From a virus (taxonomy: Duplodnaviria > Caudoviricetes): DNA of 39,193 nucleotides. Positions 9,442-16,814 of the stretch are shown here, in pieces. A model generated the notes under the pieces. It did not search any database and was not told the DNA's origin. It was given only the letters and a program-made list of their open reading frames with translations. Every line of letters begins with the position of its first letter. The first letter of the stretch is position 1. Location of the stretch: the IMG/VR virus record IMGVR_UViG_3300016675_000014, positions 1 to 39,193 of that record; one strand, given 5' to 3'. The position numbers and the translations under genes were made by a program.

Positions 9442-10083
9442 CTACGCGCTAAACGCGCTCATCAAGGACGGACACAGTGTAGCCAATACCGTTTTACAAG
9501 CTTCTGCAACATCACGATGCTCCTTCTGCGTACTAGGATCAGTTCGTACTTCAATGTAGTGCAGCCAGCTACGCAGAGTGCCGTTCATATACATACGACT
9601 CACTGCCATGCCTTCAGGAAGCAATGCTCTAGCCTGCTCTTTAGCAACACCACGATTCAAAGCAGCACGATACATGAACTCAGCTTCTTGTTGTACGCGC
9701 AACTGAGCAGAGTTCCACCAGTTCTGTAGCTCTCGGTCTTCAGTAGTCAAGCTGTTCTGCCTATTCTTCTCATCCTGTGTTCGACATTCTCGAATAGAGA
9801 AGTCATTGACTACAGCGTAACGTTGAGAGAACTCCTGAAAGCTAAAGCTACGATGACGGAGGATCTGTCGTGCAATATCACGAGTAGTTTCGATCTCCAT
9901 ACACACATTAGCCATTTCAAAGGGACTCCAGTGCTTATGCTTCATCAAGTACTTCAGAAGCTTCGGAGCAGTCTCGTGGTTATGCTGATTCTCAGGATTA
10001 CTCACCCGAGCACAATAAGCTACTTTCTCTTCAATGTCAGGAGTAGCCCATACCAGTTCAACTTTCAATGTCTTTTCCTTCAC
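9442..10083 (-). CDS. thyX: Flavin-dependent thymidylate synthase
   Basis: HWSPFE, RHRSFSFQEFSQRY, EQARALLP, TQKEHR motifs. Confidence 0.95.
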   Translation of the reverse strand: MKEKTLKVELVWATPDIEEKVAYCARVSNPENQHNHETAPKLLKYLMKHKHWSPFEMANVCMEIETTRDIARQILRHRSFSFQEFSQRYAVVNDFSIRECRTQDEKNRQNSLTTEDRELQNWWNSAQLRVQQEAEFMYRAALNRGVAKEQARALLPEGMAVSRMYMNGTLRSWLHYIEVRTDPSTQKEHRDVAEACKTVLATLCPSLMSAFSA

Positions 10084-10228
10084 AGGTTAGTTTCTCGCCT
10101 TCTCTGATTCCATTCTTCAGAGCTTCGAGTATACCATAACAAAGCAGCTGTTCACGTTCCTGCTCTGTCAGGTCAAAACTGTAGCAAGCACTACCATCAG
10201 AATTCTCGTGTAACAACGTAACCTGCAT
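10058..10228 (-). CDS. Hypothetical protein
   Basis: MQVTLLHENSDGSA...; SD gaggt upstream of ATG 10228. Confidence 0.6.
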   Translation of the reverse strand: MQVTLLHENSDGSACYSFDLTEQEREQLLCYGILEALKNGIREGEKLTCEGKDIES

Positions 10229-10436
10229 GACGTACCTCGTCAAGAAAATGTTTAAAGTCTTCATAAAACATGAAGTAACGCAAGACTGTCAAGATAGCTG
10301 AAGAAGTTTCTACGTCATCCCAGTCAAGACACAAGAGATAATCTTCCTTCAGACGCTCTACCACAAGAGCTTCCATGACATTGTTCCAAGCATCACGCAC
10401 TGCGTCTTGCTCTAACATCTTAAAAATACTGTTCAT
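10197..10436 (-). CDS. Hypothetical protein
   Basis: MNSIFKMLEQ...; SD gagg upstream of ATG 10436. Confidence 0.6.
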   Translation of the reverse strand: MNSIFKMLEQDAVRDAWNNVMEALVVERLKEDYLLCLDWDDVETSSAILTVLRYFMFYEDFKHFLDEVRHAGYVVTREF

Positions 10437-10449
10437 TGATTCCTCGCTT

Positions 10450-10665
10450 TCAAGTGCCGCGGGCACATAGCATGGCGTCTGCCATTGCGTATGCGTACTC
10501 AGCCGCCTGTTCAACGGGACTACCAAGGGCGGTGCCCTGAGACTGCGCCAGCAATCCCTCCATCGCCTTGGCCGCAAAGTAGTCGCGCAGGGTCATGCCT
10601 TCGCAAACATTGCTGCCGTCAATGTCTGGCACCGGAAACGCTGGCCCGCCTGTGTTGTCACTCAT
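10450..10665 (-). CDS. Conserved small phage protein (GGPAFP...GMTLRDYFAAKAM type)
   Basis: Recognisable motif pair common in proteobacterial phages; GC-rich. Confidence 0.75.
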   Translation of the reverse strand: MSDNTGGPAFPVPDIDGSNVCEGMTLRDYFAAKAMEGLLAQSQGTALGSPVEQAAEYAYAMADAMLCARGT

Positions 10666-11077
10666 CTATCCACTCCTGAGGTATAACCTTATCTGCATAC
10701 TTAAAGCCGTTTTTGATACACCACTGTGCATAGGTTGTACGACTTGTCTTGCTGATCCGTGCATTAGAGTTGCTAAAGACAAACCTAATGTCCAGTGTTG
10801 GATTGTGCTTCTTAACAAGGATATGCTTCTGACGATCTGCCATCAAGAATCGGCCTTTAGTCTCTACAATGATCCCGTTAGAAAGCTGGAAATCTGGCGT
10901 ATACACATGCTCAGAAGCTGGTTTGATGTATTTCAGCTTTACCTGCTCATAAGTATACTCAACACCTGCCTTGTCCAACTGCTCCGCAATGCGCTCTTCC
11001 AAGCCACTGCGGAAGCCCGCTTTTAATCCAACTTGTTTCTTAGTTAATTTCTTCTTCAATTCGTTCACTTCCTTCAT
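10658..11077 (-). CDS. T7 gp3-like endonuclease I (Holliday junction resolvase)
   Basis: GFRSGLE, YTPDF, IVETKG, DIRFVF, TTYAQWC motifs; start uncertain (ATG 11077 or TTG 11059). Confidence 0.9.
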   Translation of the reverse strand: MKEVNELKKKLTKKQVGLKAGFRSGLEERIAEQLDKAGVEYTYEQVKLKYIKPASEHVYTPDFQLSNGIIVETKGRFLMADRQKHILVKKHNPTLDIRFVFSNSNARISKTSRTTYAQWCIKNGFKYADKVIPQEWIDE

Positions 11078-11624
11078 GATTAGTTGCTTTATGGTGTCTC
11101 CACATATTGACAGGCCTACAAATAAACCCACATGTAGCGCACCGGCTCCGAATCTTAGAAGCTATTTTTCCGCCTACTTTTCCTGCTTTACTTTGATTAT
11201 CCGGGCTATTCATCAAAAGTTTTTTCAAAGCTGCTGGACCGCCTTTATAGCCTCCTTGTTTTCCTGCTCTGCTTGCTAAATCTCGATCTTGTTGAAAAGA
11301 AGTCTTAACAACACCTTCTTGTATCATCTTCTTACGAATACTCGCACCTTTTTTACTTGCCTCTTTAAGCAACAAAGCAGTGTCCCACTTCCATCCCATC
11401 AAAGCAGAATAAGCAAGGAAATCTCCAATATCTCCTGTTTCAAGCCATCTCAAAAAATGTTTATTTGCATGTTCATGAGGAAGTAAATATTCTTCGTTCC
11501 AAGGGTGGTTCTTTCCTCCTGCATGAGTAGGAATAATATGATGTCGATGGTATCCTTCTAGTATAGGAAGACAGTATTTCTTTGCTACCTGTGCGGCACT
11601 TAGCTTACGTTTGACGGTTGCCAT
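11040..11624 (-). CDS. HNH homing endonuclease with KGG-repeat C-terminus
   Basis: HRHHIIPTHAGGKNHPWN...EHANKH; AGKQGG/AGKVGG repeats; terminal CxxC...H zinc finger. Confidence 0.82.
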   Translation of the reverse strand: MATVKRKLSAAQVAKKYCLPILEGYHRHHIIPTHAGGKNHPWNEEYLLPHEHANKHFLRWLETGDIGDFLAYSALMGWKWDTALLLKEASKKGASIRKKMIQEGVVKTSFQQDRDLASRAGKQGGYKGGPAALKKLLMNSPDNQSKAGKVGGKIASKIRSRCATCGFICRPVNMWRHHKATNHEGSERIEEEIN

Positions 11625-12313
11625 AGTTCTCCCTCATATCGCCTAAGCCAGAGGAGTTGCCCCTGCTCTGTAAAATAATCCAACGAATACCCAAGTTCTT
11701 GATACTTTTCATAGGCCGCTTTGAGAAGTTCTTCTTTTGTCGTAGCGTCCTGCAAAGCTTTAGCGGCCTTCTTTGGACCAATCCCTTCCAGACCCGGTAT
11801 GTTATCAACTCTGTCCCCGGTGAGCAACTGTAAACAAAAGCTTTTATACGCCTGAAAGTCATCAATATACTCCGTCTGTGCCTTATGAGGATTATGGTGC
11901 CATCCCGGTATCTGTCTTAGGTCTTTATCTACACCTACAAGAAGGTATTGATCCGGCTCCTTAGTCATCCTGATAGCTACTTCATCATCAGCTTCTTGAC
12001 CGTCAACAATGACAGCACCTAAGCGGGTAATCATGCATTCACGCAAAGCATCATAATGTTTGGGCTTTTTAGCGTCCTTGCGATTACCTTTATAGGGTAC
12101 TGTCTTTGCAATCTCATAACGGTAATTGTTCTTACCAGTTAAGAAGGCTTCATAAGAGTCTGCCTTCAGGTGTATGTAGACCAAATCTTCTAGTGTCTCT
12201 ACTAACCTGCTCTTTGCAAACTTCTCAGAATCCTCCTCACTAGCAAAACCAACAGCGTATATCAAATAATCAGAATCTATGAGTAAATCCTTAGGAGGAT
12301 TAGAGAATGTCAT
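11600..12313 (-). CDS. 5'-3' exonuclease (T7 gp6 / RNase H-like)
   Basis: LIDSD, YKGNR, EADD, DKDL, TGDRVDNIPGLEGIGPKKA motifs. Confidence 0.92.
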   Translation of the reverse strand: MTFSNPPKDLLIDSDYLIYAVGFASEEDSEKFAKSRLVETLEDLVYIHLKADSYEAFLTGKNNYRYEIAKTVPYKGNRKDAKKPKHYDALRECMITRLGAVIVDGQEADDEVAIRMTKEPDQYLLVGVDKDLRQIPGWHHNPHKAQTEYIDDFQAYKSFCLQLLTGDRVDNIPGLEGIGPKKAAKALQDATTKEELLKAAYEKYQELGYSLDYFTEQGQLLWLRRYEGELWQPSNVS

Positions 12314-12719
12314 CAGCCTCTTCTTCCTCACGTGGTTCAGGCTCATATACCTTCAACTCAGTCACGATCAGTTTCTTAATACTAGGAGCCGCTCCGTACT
12401 TAGCCGACATCTTGTGACGATAGCTGGACACCAGAGCAGTGACTTTAGTTCCGTTACCAATCTTGGAAATGTCAACAGGCTTACCGTCTTCATCGACAGG
12501 TTCAAAGACATATAGGCTCTTGCCTACAATGTACTTGCCCATAGTGTCTTTCTCTTTGATTTGGATGCCAAGCTCCTTCAGGGCTTCAGCGGCTTTGTCT
12601 GAAAGATTGCCGATAGTGCATTCATACTTCTTGTTATCTTCGTTGAACTTAGTATTGTACTGGTTCATCCAATTGCTCCAGAAGAGTTCACCACCGATCT
12701 TTACAGGTTTCATATCCAT
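12300..12719 (-). CDS. Single-stranded DNA-binding protein (T7 gp2.5-like)
   Basis: IGNGTKV motif, acidic C-terminal tail (EEEEADDIL), position next to exonuclease and endonuclease genes. Confidence 0.75.
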   Translation of the reverse strand: MDMKPVKIGGELFWSNWMNQYNTKFNEDNKKYECTIGNLSDKAAEALKELGIQIKEKDTMGKYIVGKSLYVFEPVDEDGKPVDISKIGNGTKVTALVSSYRHKMSAKYGAAPSIKKLIVTELKVYEPEPREEEEADDIL

Positions 12720-12749
12720 TTCATTTTCCTTTGATTAAAATTAAGAAAT

Positions 12750-12899
12750 GCTGGTTACGTTATCCAGCGACTGACTTTGGTGCAGCCCGTGTAAGAACAC
12801 CCAAGAACTTCGTCTCTTGCACGCCTGCTTACCATACTACAGGGTCACTGCCGCCCGAATAGTCGGATCTTCTCTCCCAGAAAGGCCAGAAGAGGTGAC
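12750..12899 (-). ncRNA. Candidate structured leader/ncRNA between tRNA and ssb
   Basis: Several nested complementary segments found by eye (see findings); not assigned to a known family. Confidence 0.45.
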
Positions 12900-12912
12900 G
12901 GATCAAGCTAAT

Positions 12913-12996
12913 TGGTGAGACTGGAGGGACTCGAACCCTCACGCACTAGGCGGCAGATTTTAAGTCTGCTGCGGCTACCGATTACGCCACAGTCTC
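12913..12996 (-). tRNA. tRNA-Leu, anticodon UAA
   Basis: Acceptor stem gagactg/cagtctc, anticodon arm gcaga-ct-TAA-aa-tctgc, long variable arm, GGTTCGAGTCC T arm, encoded CCA. Confidence 0.95.
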
Positions 12997-13009
12997 ATTG
13001 TTGATGCTA

Positions 13010-13204
13010 TTAGTGTAGCATGATCTTGTCTACTTTGTCAAGGTCTTCGGCGATATTTTCCAAATATTCTTGGATGCCTATCGCTACAGCCCACACAGTA
13101 AACAGATCAACTGTCTCTGTAGTCTTGACTTCAAAACTATCCTCATACAAATTGATTACAATCTGTCCTGTGATCTTATCAGGATCAGTGTATTTCTTTT
13201 TCAT
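13010..13204 (-). CDS. Hypothetical protein
   Basis: 64 aa ORF overlapping the methyltransferase stop. Confidence 0.6.
   Translation of the reverse strand: MKKKYTDPDKITGQIVINLYEDSFEVKTTETVDLFTVWAVAIGIQEYLENIAEDLDKVDKIMLH
13012..13041 (-). promoter_or_regulatory. Sigma70-type promoter for tRNA-ssb-exonuclease unit
   Basis: TTGACA-18 nt-TACACT with extended TG, about 15 nt upstream of the tRNA. Confidence 0.7.
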
Positions 13205-13916
13205 GTTGTTCCAATCTATTTTTTAACATTGTCCAAGCGGTTGCAGCACACAAGGGTACTTGGCCGTTTCCAATGGCTTTAAGTCTGTCCATCCTAGCGG
13301 CCACCCCATCATCCATTCGGTGAATTCCGGATGAATCTTTCCACCAACGTGAGTCGCAAGTGTTGGAGTCTTCCTGGTGTACTCCGCAGGATACGCCCCC
13401 TCCTTTGCGTTGTGACAAGTTGGTGTTGGAAGCAACGATCCACATACGTGCCCTCTTGTGATTAGCGCCAATGGAGCTTGCTGGTAACACTCCCCATTCA
13501 GCATTGTACCCCAATGAGGCAAGGTCTTGGAGGACAACACCGAGTCCTCTAGTGCGGAGCATAGCGGAGTTTTCAATGAAAGCGTAAGCTGGTTGGACTT
13601 CTCCGATGATTCTAGCCATGTGCTTCCACATACTGCTTCGACTTCCCCCAATACCTGCTCCTTGTCCTGCTGAGCTGATGTCTTGGCATGGAAATCCTCC
13701 AGATACGACATCAACAATTCCTCGCCACGGCTTTCCGTCAAAGGTTTGTACGTCATCCCAAATCGGGAAAGGCGGGAGAAGTCCGTCATTTTGTCGGGCG
13801 GCAAGTACGCTTGCTGGGTATGGTTCCCATTCAACGGCACAGACTGTTCGCCATCCAAGGATTTTTCCTCCAAGTATGCCTCCACCAGCGCCTGCGAAAA
13901 GAGCCAACTCATTCAT
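13185..13916 (-). CDS. C5 cytosine DNA methyltransferase, alpha-like chain
   Basis: LFAGAGG (motif I), GGFPCQD (IV), IENS (VI), HKRARMWIV (VIII), RLKAIGNGQVP (X); motif IX absent. Confidence 0.9.
   Translation of the reverse strand: MNELALFAGAGGGILGGKILGWRTVCAVEWEPYPASVLAARQNDGLLPPFPIWDDVQTFDGKPWRGIVDVVSGGFPCQDISSAGQGAGIGGSRSSMWKHMARIIGEVQPAYAFIENSAMLRTRGLGVVLQDLASLGYNAEWGVLPASSIGANHKRARMWIVASNTNLSQRKGGGVSCGVHQEDSNTCDSRWWKDSSGIHRMDDGVAARMDRLKAIGNGQVPLCAATAWTMLKNRLEQHEKEIH
13223..13912 (-). CDS. Overlapping-frame methyltransferase beta-like chain carrying motif IX
   Basis: 229 codons open inside the MTase gene; LLPTPT and IHPEFTEWMMGWPLGWT resemble a TRD/motif IX region. Confidence 0.65.
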   Translation of the reverse strand: MSWLFSQALVEAYLEEKSLDGEQSVPLNGNHTQQAYLPPDKMTDFSRLSRFGMTYKPLTESRGEELLMSYLEDFHAKTSAQQDKEQVLGEVEAVCGSTWLESSEKSNQLTLSLKTPLCSALEDSVLSSKTLPHWGTMLNGECYQQAPLALITRGHVCGSLLPTPTCHNAKEGAYPAEYTRKTPTLATHVGGKIHPEFTEWMMGWPLGWTDLKPLETAKYPCVLQPLGQC

Positions 13917-14338
13917 TGTTCCTCCTTGATGCCGTGGGCGGCTTCGATGGCGCGGGCAAACTCGATCATTTCTGCGTCACTACGCGGCTCGTTGTACATT
14001 TCCATGATCTGATCATCCGTCAGAGGCTTGCGCTGTGTTGGTAAGGCTGTGTAGAGGGGTTCAACCCATCCTTTATGTTTGGGGTGTGTCTTGTTCCATT
14101 CATCGGCGTAGTTCTCGTTCATGTCGTAGTTACGGTAGTCGTAATCTCCCTCACCATCAAACGTGCGCCAAGCCACAGGCTCCTGCTCAGGTTTAGACAA
14201 ACGAGCATACAAGTATAAACGAGCATCTTTTGCTTTAGCATAAGCCTTACTTCCATACGGTAGATCGTATTTTCTAAACTCTTGCATCATGTCTTCTAAG
14301 GCTTCAAAAGCTTTCTGAAATAGTTCTCTATCAATCAT
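13913..14338 (-). CDS. Hypothetical mosaic phage protein
   Basis: EQEPVAW, PLYT, RKPLTDDQI, FARAIEAAHGI modules; ATG overlaps the polymerase stop. Confidence 0.65.
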   Translation of the reverse strand: MIDRELFQKAFEALEDMMQEFRKYDLPYGSKAYAKAKDARLYLYARLSKPEQEPVAWRTFDGEGDYDYRNYDMNENYADEWNKTHPKHKGWVEPLYTALPTQRKPLTDDQIMEMYNEPRSDAEMIEFARAIEAAHGIKEEQ

Positions 14339-15246
14339 CAGTGTGTTTCTTTCCAAGTTCGTCCAATTTTGTATTCTCCGTCTAGAGGACAGCGGAGCTT
14401 GAAATACTCCCCTGCTTCAATGATTGACATTCTAGCAGCTTTGCCTGCCTCTTCCGCTACCGAAGGAGGACACTCAAACTGAAATTCATCATGCACATTA
14501 GCGACTAGCTTCACAGGCCACTTATTAGCCTTGATCTTGTCGTAGAAAAGACACAAAGCCTTCTTCATCACGATAGCTCCAGCGCCTTGTAGGAGACTAT
14601 TCAGGGCTGCATGTTCTGAGCGTACCCATATGCGTCTGCCGTCCAAGCCGGGAACCCATCCTTTAGCTGCTTGTCGTTTAACTCGATCCAAGAGCCGGGC
14701 GAGGGCCGGTGTTTGTTTAAGGAACTTTGCTTTAAGTCTTTCTCCATCTTTTGCTGATCCTCCAACGATGCTACCAATCTTTGCATCTCCTGCACCGTAG
14801 AGGAATGCATAGATAAAAGTTTTTGCATTATCCCGAGTAGCGAGTCCTGCTGCTCTTTGGTTAACTGTGTGAACATCTGTACCATCTTTAGATGATCCCT
14901 CACAGACAGTTCTGACATAATCGCCATCCTTCATATAGTGAGCAAGCATCCGAAGCTCCAAGCCTGAAGCATCACAGCCTACCAAGACATTTCCTTCTTC
15001 AACAGTCCAGCACTCACGACACTCATGCCCATAGACAGAACCTGCATTAGGAATCTGTGCCATGTTAGGGCTACTGTGCGTCATACGGCCTGTCACTGCT
15101 CCGTTGGTGATTACTCGTCCATGAACTCGCCCATCCTCTCCAATAGCTTCAAGCCATGATTCTACTTGACTAACTCGTTTCTGAAGAAGAAGATACTCTT
15201 TAACAAGCTCAGCAAGTTCAAGCAGTTTATCATCGTTTGTGTTCAT
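14338..15246 (-). CDS. Family A DNA polymerase, C-terminal polymerase part
   Basis: TGRMTHSSPN, DASGLELR (motif A), RDNAKTFIYAFLYG (B), NVHDE (C). Confidence 0.93.
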   Translation of the reverse strand: MNTNDDKLLELAELVKEYLLLQKRVSQVESWLEAIGEDGRVHGRVITNGAVTGRMTHSSPNMAQIPNAGSVYGHECRECWTVEEGNVLVGCDASGLELRMLAHYMKDGDYVRTVCEGSSKDGTDVHTVNQRAAGLATRDNAKTFIYAFLYGAGDAKIGSIVGGSAKDGERLKAKFLKQTPALARLLDRVKRQAAKGWVPGLDGRRIWVRSEHAALNSLLQGAGAIVMKKALCLFYDKIKANKWPVKLVANVHDEFQFECPPSVAEEAGKAARMSIIEAGEYFKLRCPLDGEYKIGRTWKETH

Positions 15247-15616
15247 CAATGTACCGTAAAGCTGCTTCTAGTTTGTCTTCTCTCTTTTCAAGATAACCTA
15301 TCAAAGTATTGCAGGCACTACAGATAAGTTTTCTTACTTTTCCAGTAGTATGACAATGATCTATGCAAAGTTTCTTGTGATGAGAGTCAGGATACTTTTC
15401 TGCTAAAGCTTCTTCAGTGATTCCACAGCAATAGCACTTGTACCCTTGTGCTTCGCGCATTCTATCATACTCTTCTAACGAAATTCCATACTTATACTTT
15501 AGGTCAGCATCTGTACGTTCTTTCTTAGTGTTTTGATAGTACGCTTTCTTTTGTTCTTTGATACGTTCCTTATTCTTTTCGTTCCACTGTCTGTGATACT
15601 CTTTTCTGTTTGACAT
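15230..15616 (-). CDS. Endonuclease VII-type HNH endonuclease inserted in the DNA polymerase gene
   Basis: YKYGIS..QGYKCYCC, IDHCHTTGKVRKLICSACNTLIG; overlaps both polymerase fragments. Confidence 0.88.
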   Translation of the reverse strand: MSNRKEYHRQWNEKNKERIKEQKKAYYQNTKKERTDADLKYKYGISLEEYDRMREAQGYKCYCCGITEEALAEKYPDSHHKKLCIDHCHTTGKVRKLICSACNTLIGYLEKREDKLEAALRYIDEHKR

Positions 15617-16448
15617 TTTTAATGATTTCCTCTAGGACAGATTCGTCAATGATTACAGAACCTTTCTCTGTGAATCTTGTTGGCTTCCATCCAAGTTCTT
15701 GTAGCTTTTCTGCTACTTGTTGTCTTGATCCCATGTTGAACACAGTCGTGGAATCTTTGAGTCGTTTTCCTGTTTTTTCGCTGTATCGTTCTGTTGTGAT
15801 TGGAGGGTAGAGTTGTTGCGCTCTTCCAAGTATTTCTGAAATGCGGTTTTTCCAGTCAACAAGTAACAAAGTACATTGTTCCACCGATAATTTGAATCCA
15901 TTGCGTTCCTGTTCTGCGATTATAGCCGCGACTTTGTGTTCCAGTTCAACTGACTCTTGCGAAAACTGTTTCTCAGAAATCTCATTGCATAGTTTAAGAT
16001 ACAGTTTAGCACAAACTTCAACGTCCCTAATGCAATAAGACTCCAGAAGACTATCAACAGGTTTATCGAAACATTCTCCATCGTATTCCTCTCGTCGTCC
16101 TTGGAGCCATTGCCATACGGACTTATAGTTAATCTTCCTGAAGCCTAGAGACTGTCCCCATGCCTCCAGAGAGTGTCCTTGTTCCCTGCTCGGATCTAGA
16201 AGCCTGCTTACGATAAGAGTGTCGAATACGTGCTTCAATCTGATCTTCGTCTTCCATGATCTGTTCAACACTGGAAAATCGAATCCTATTCCATTGTGAG
16301 CAATCAGGAGTGTAGCCTTGTTTAGATAGTCGTTTAGGCCAGTTGCTTCTTTCCATGTTCTTACTTCGCCTGTATCAATGTCTTTAGTGACTACCAGATG
16401 GATCTTCTTGTGTGATAGATCCGTTTCGATGTCTAGAACGATCCTCAT
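15570..16448 (-). CDS. Family A DNA polymerase, N-terminal 3'-5' exonuclease/thumb part
   Basis: VLDIETD (Exo I), HNGIGFD (II), YCIRDV (III), QERNGF, FNMGSRQQ, TEKG..IDESVL. Confidence 0.92.
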   Translation of the reverse strand: MRIVLDIETDLSHKKIHLVVTKDIDTGEVRTWKEATGLNDYLNKATLLIAHNGIGFDFPVLNRSWKTKIRLKHVFDTLIVSRLLDPSREQGHSLEAWGQSLGFRKINYKSVWQWLQGRREEYDGECFDKPVDSLLESYCIRDVEVCAKLYLKLCNEISEKQFSQESVELEHKVAAIIAEQERNGFKLSVEQCTLLLVDWKNRISEILGRAQQLYPPITTERYSEKTGKRLKDSTTVFNMGSRQQVAEKLQELGWKPTRFTEKGSVIIDESVLEEIIKNVKQKRVSQTVERKE

Positions 16449-16611
16449 ACTCTTTACTTTCTTCTATTGGCAAAAATTCAGGACATCCATCCATCTTTTT
16501 AGGGCTACTCAAAAAATAACTCTGCCAATAACTGTCAGGAAGAGCTACATAACGGTAACATCGTTCATTGTTAGGACATCTTGTGTCCCTACACATTGTA
16601 ATGTCTGGCAT
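16384..16611 (-). CDS. Small Cys-rich hypothetical protein
   Basis: MPDITMC...CP..ERCYRY...WQSYF pattern; SD ggag. Confidence 0.65.
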   Translation of the reverse strand: MPDITMCRDTRCPNNERCYRYVALPDSYWQSYFLSSPKKMDGCPEFLPIEESKEYEDRSRHRNGSITQEDPSGSH

Positions 16612-16613
16612 TT

Positions 16614-16814
16614 TTACTCCACTGTAGGTTTGTTAAGTTCAAATATCTCATAAGTATAACAAATATACTCACTTCCATATGCTTTGTCTAGCATGGTTAC
16701 ATATTCTTTTGCTGCTTTATCTGTGTCGAAGATAGCAATCAATGTATCATACCCTTCATACGGAACAAGAGAGGTTTCATAACAAGCATATAGTTTCATT
16801 TCAAATTGAGCCAT
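16614..16814 (-). CDS. Hypothetical protein
   Basis: 66 aa ORF; the true start may be the second Met (16799), coupled to the upstream stop. Confidence 0.55.
   Translation of the reverse strand: MAQFEMKLYACYETSLVPYEGYDTLIAIFDTDKAAKEYVTMLDKAYGSEYICYTYEIFELNKPTVE

Noticed and set aside
12844-12912. HDV-like (theta) ribozyme following the tRNA
   Set aside because: I could not build the nested double pseudoknot by eye, and the tRNA is followed by a spacer. Kept only as an unassigned structure.
12913-12996. Suppressor tRNA or stop-codon recoding explaining the stops at 16966 and 17026
   Set aside because: Anticodon UAA reads UUA (Leu), not a stop. TAA and TAG end normal genes throughout and core genes are uninterrupted.
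12913-12996. tRNA as prophage attachment site
   Set aside because: There is no integrase, no duplicated tRNA 3' end and no host genes in the window.
15191-15604. 10 bp repeat aaagagtatc on both sides of the polymerase insertion as a target-site duplication
   Set aside because: The two copies are in different polymerase frames, so excision between them would not restore the gene.
15230-15616. Group I intron or intein in the DNA polymerase
   Set aside because: The HNH ORF overlaps both polymerase halves, leaving no room for a ribozyme core. The halves are separated by a stop and show no intein terminal motifs. A covariance search was not run.
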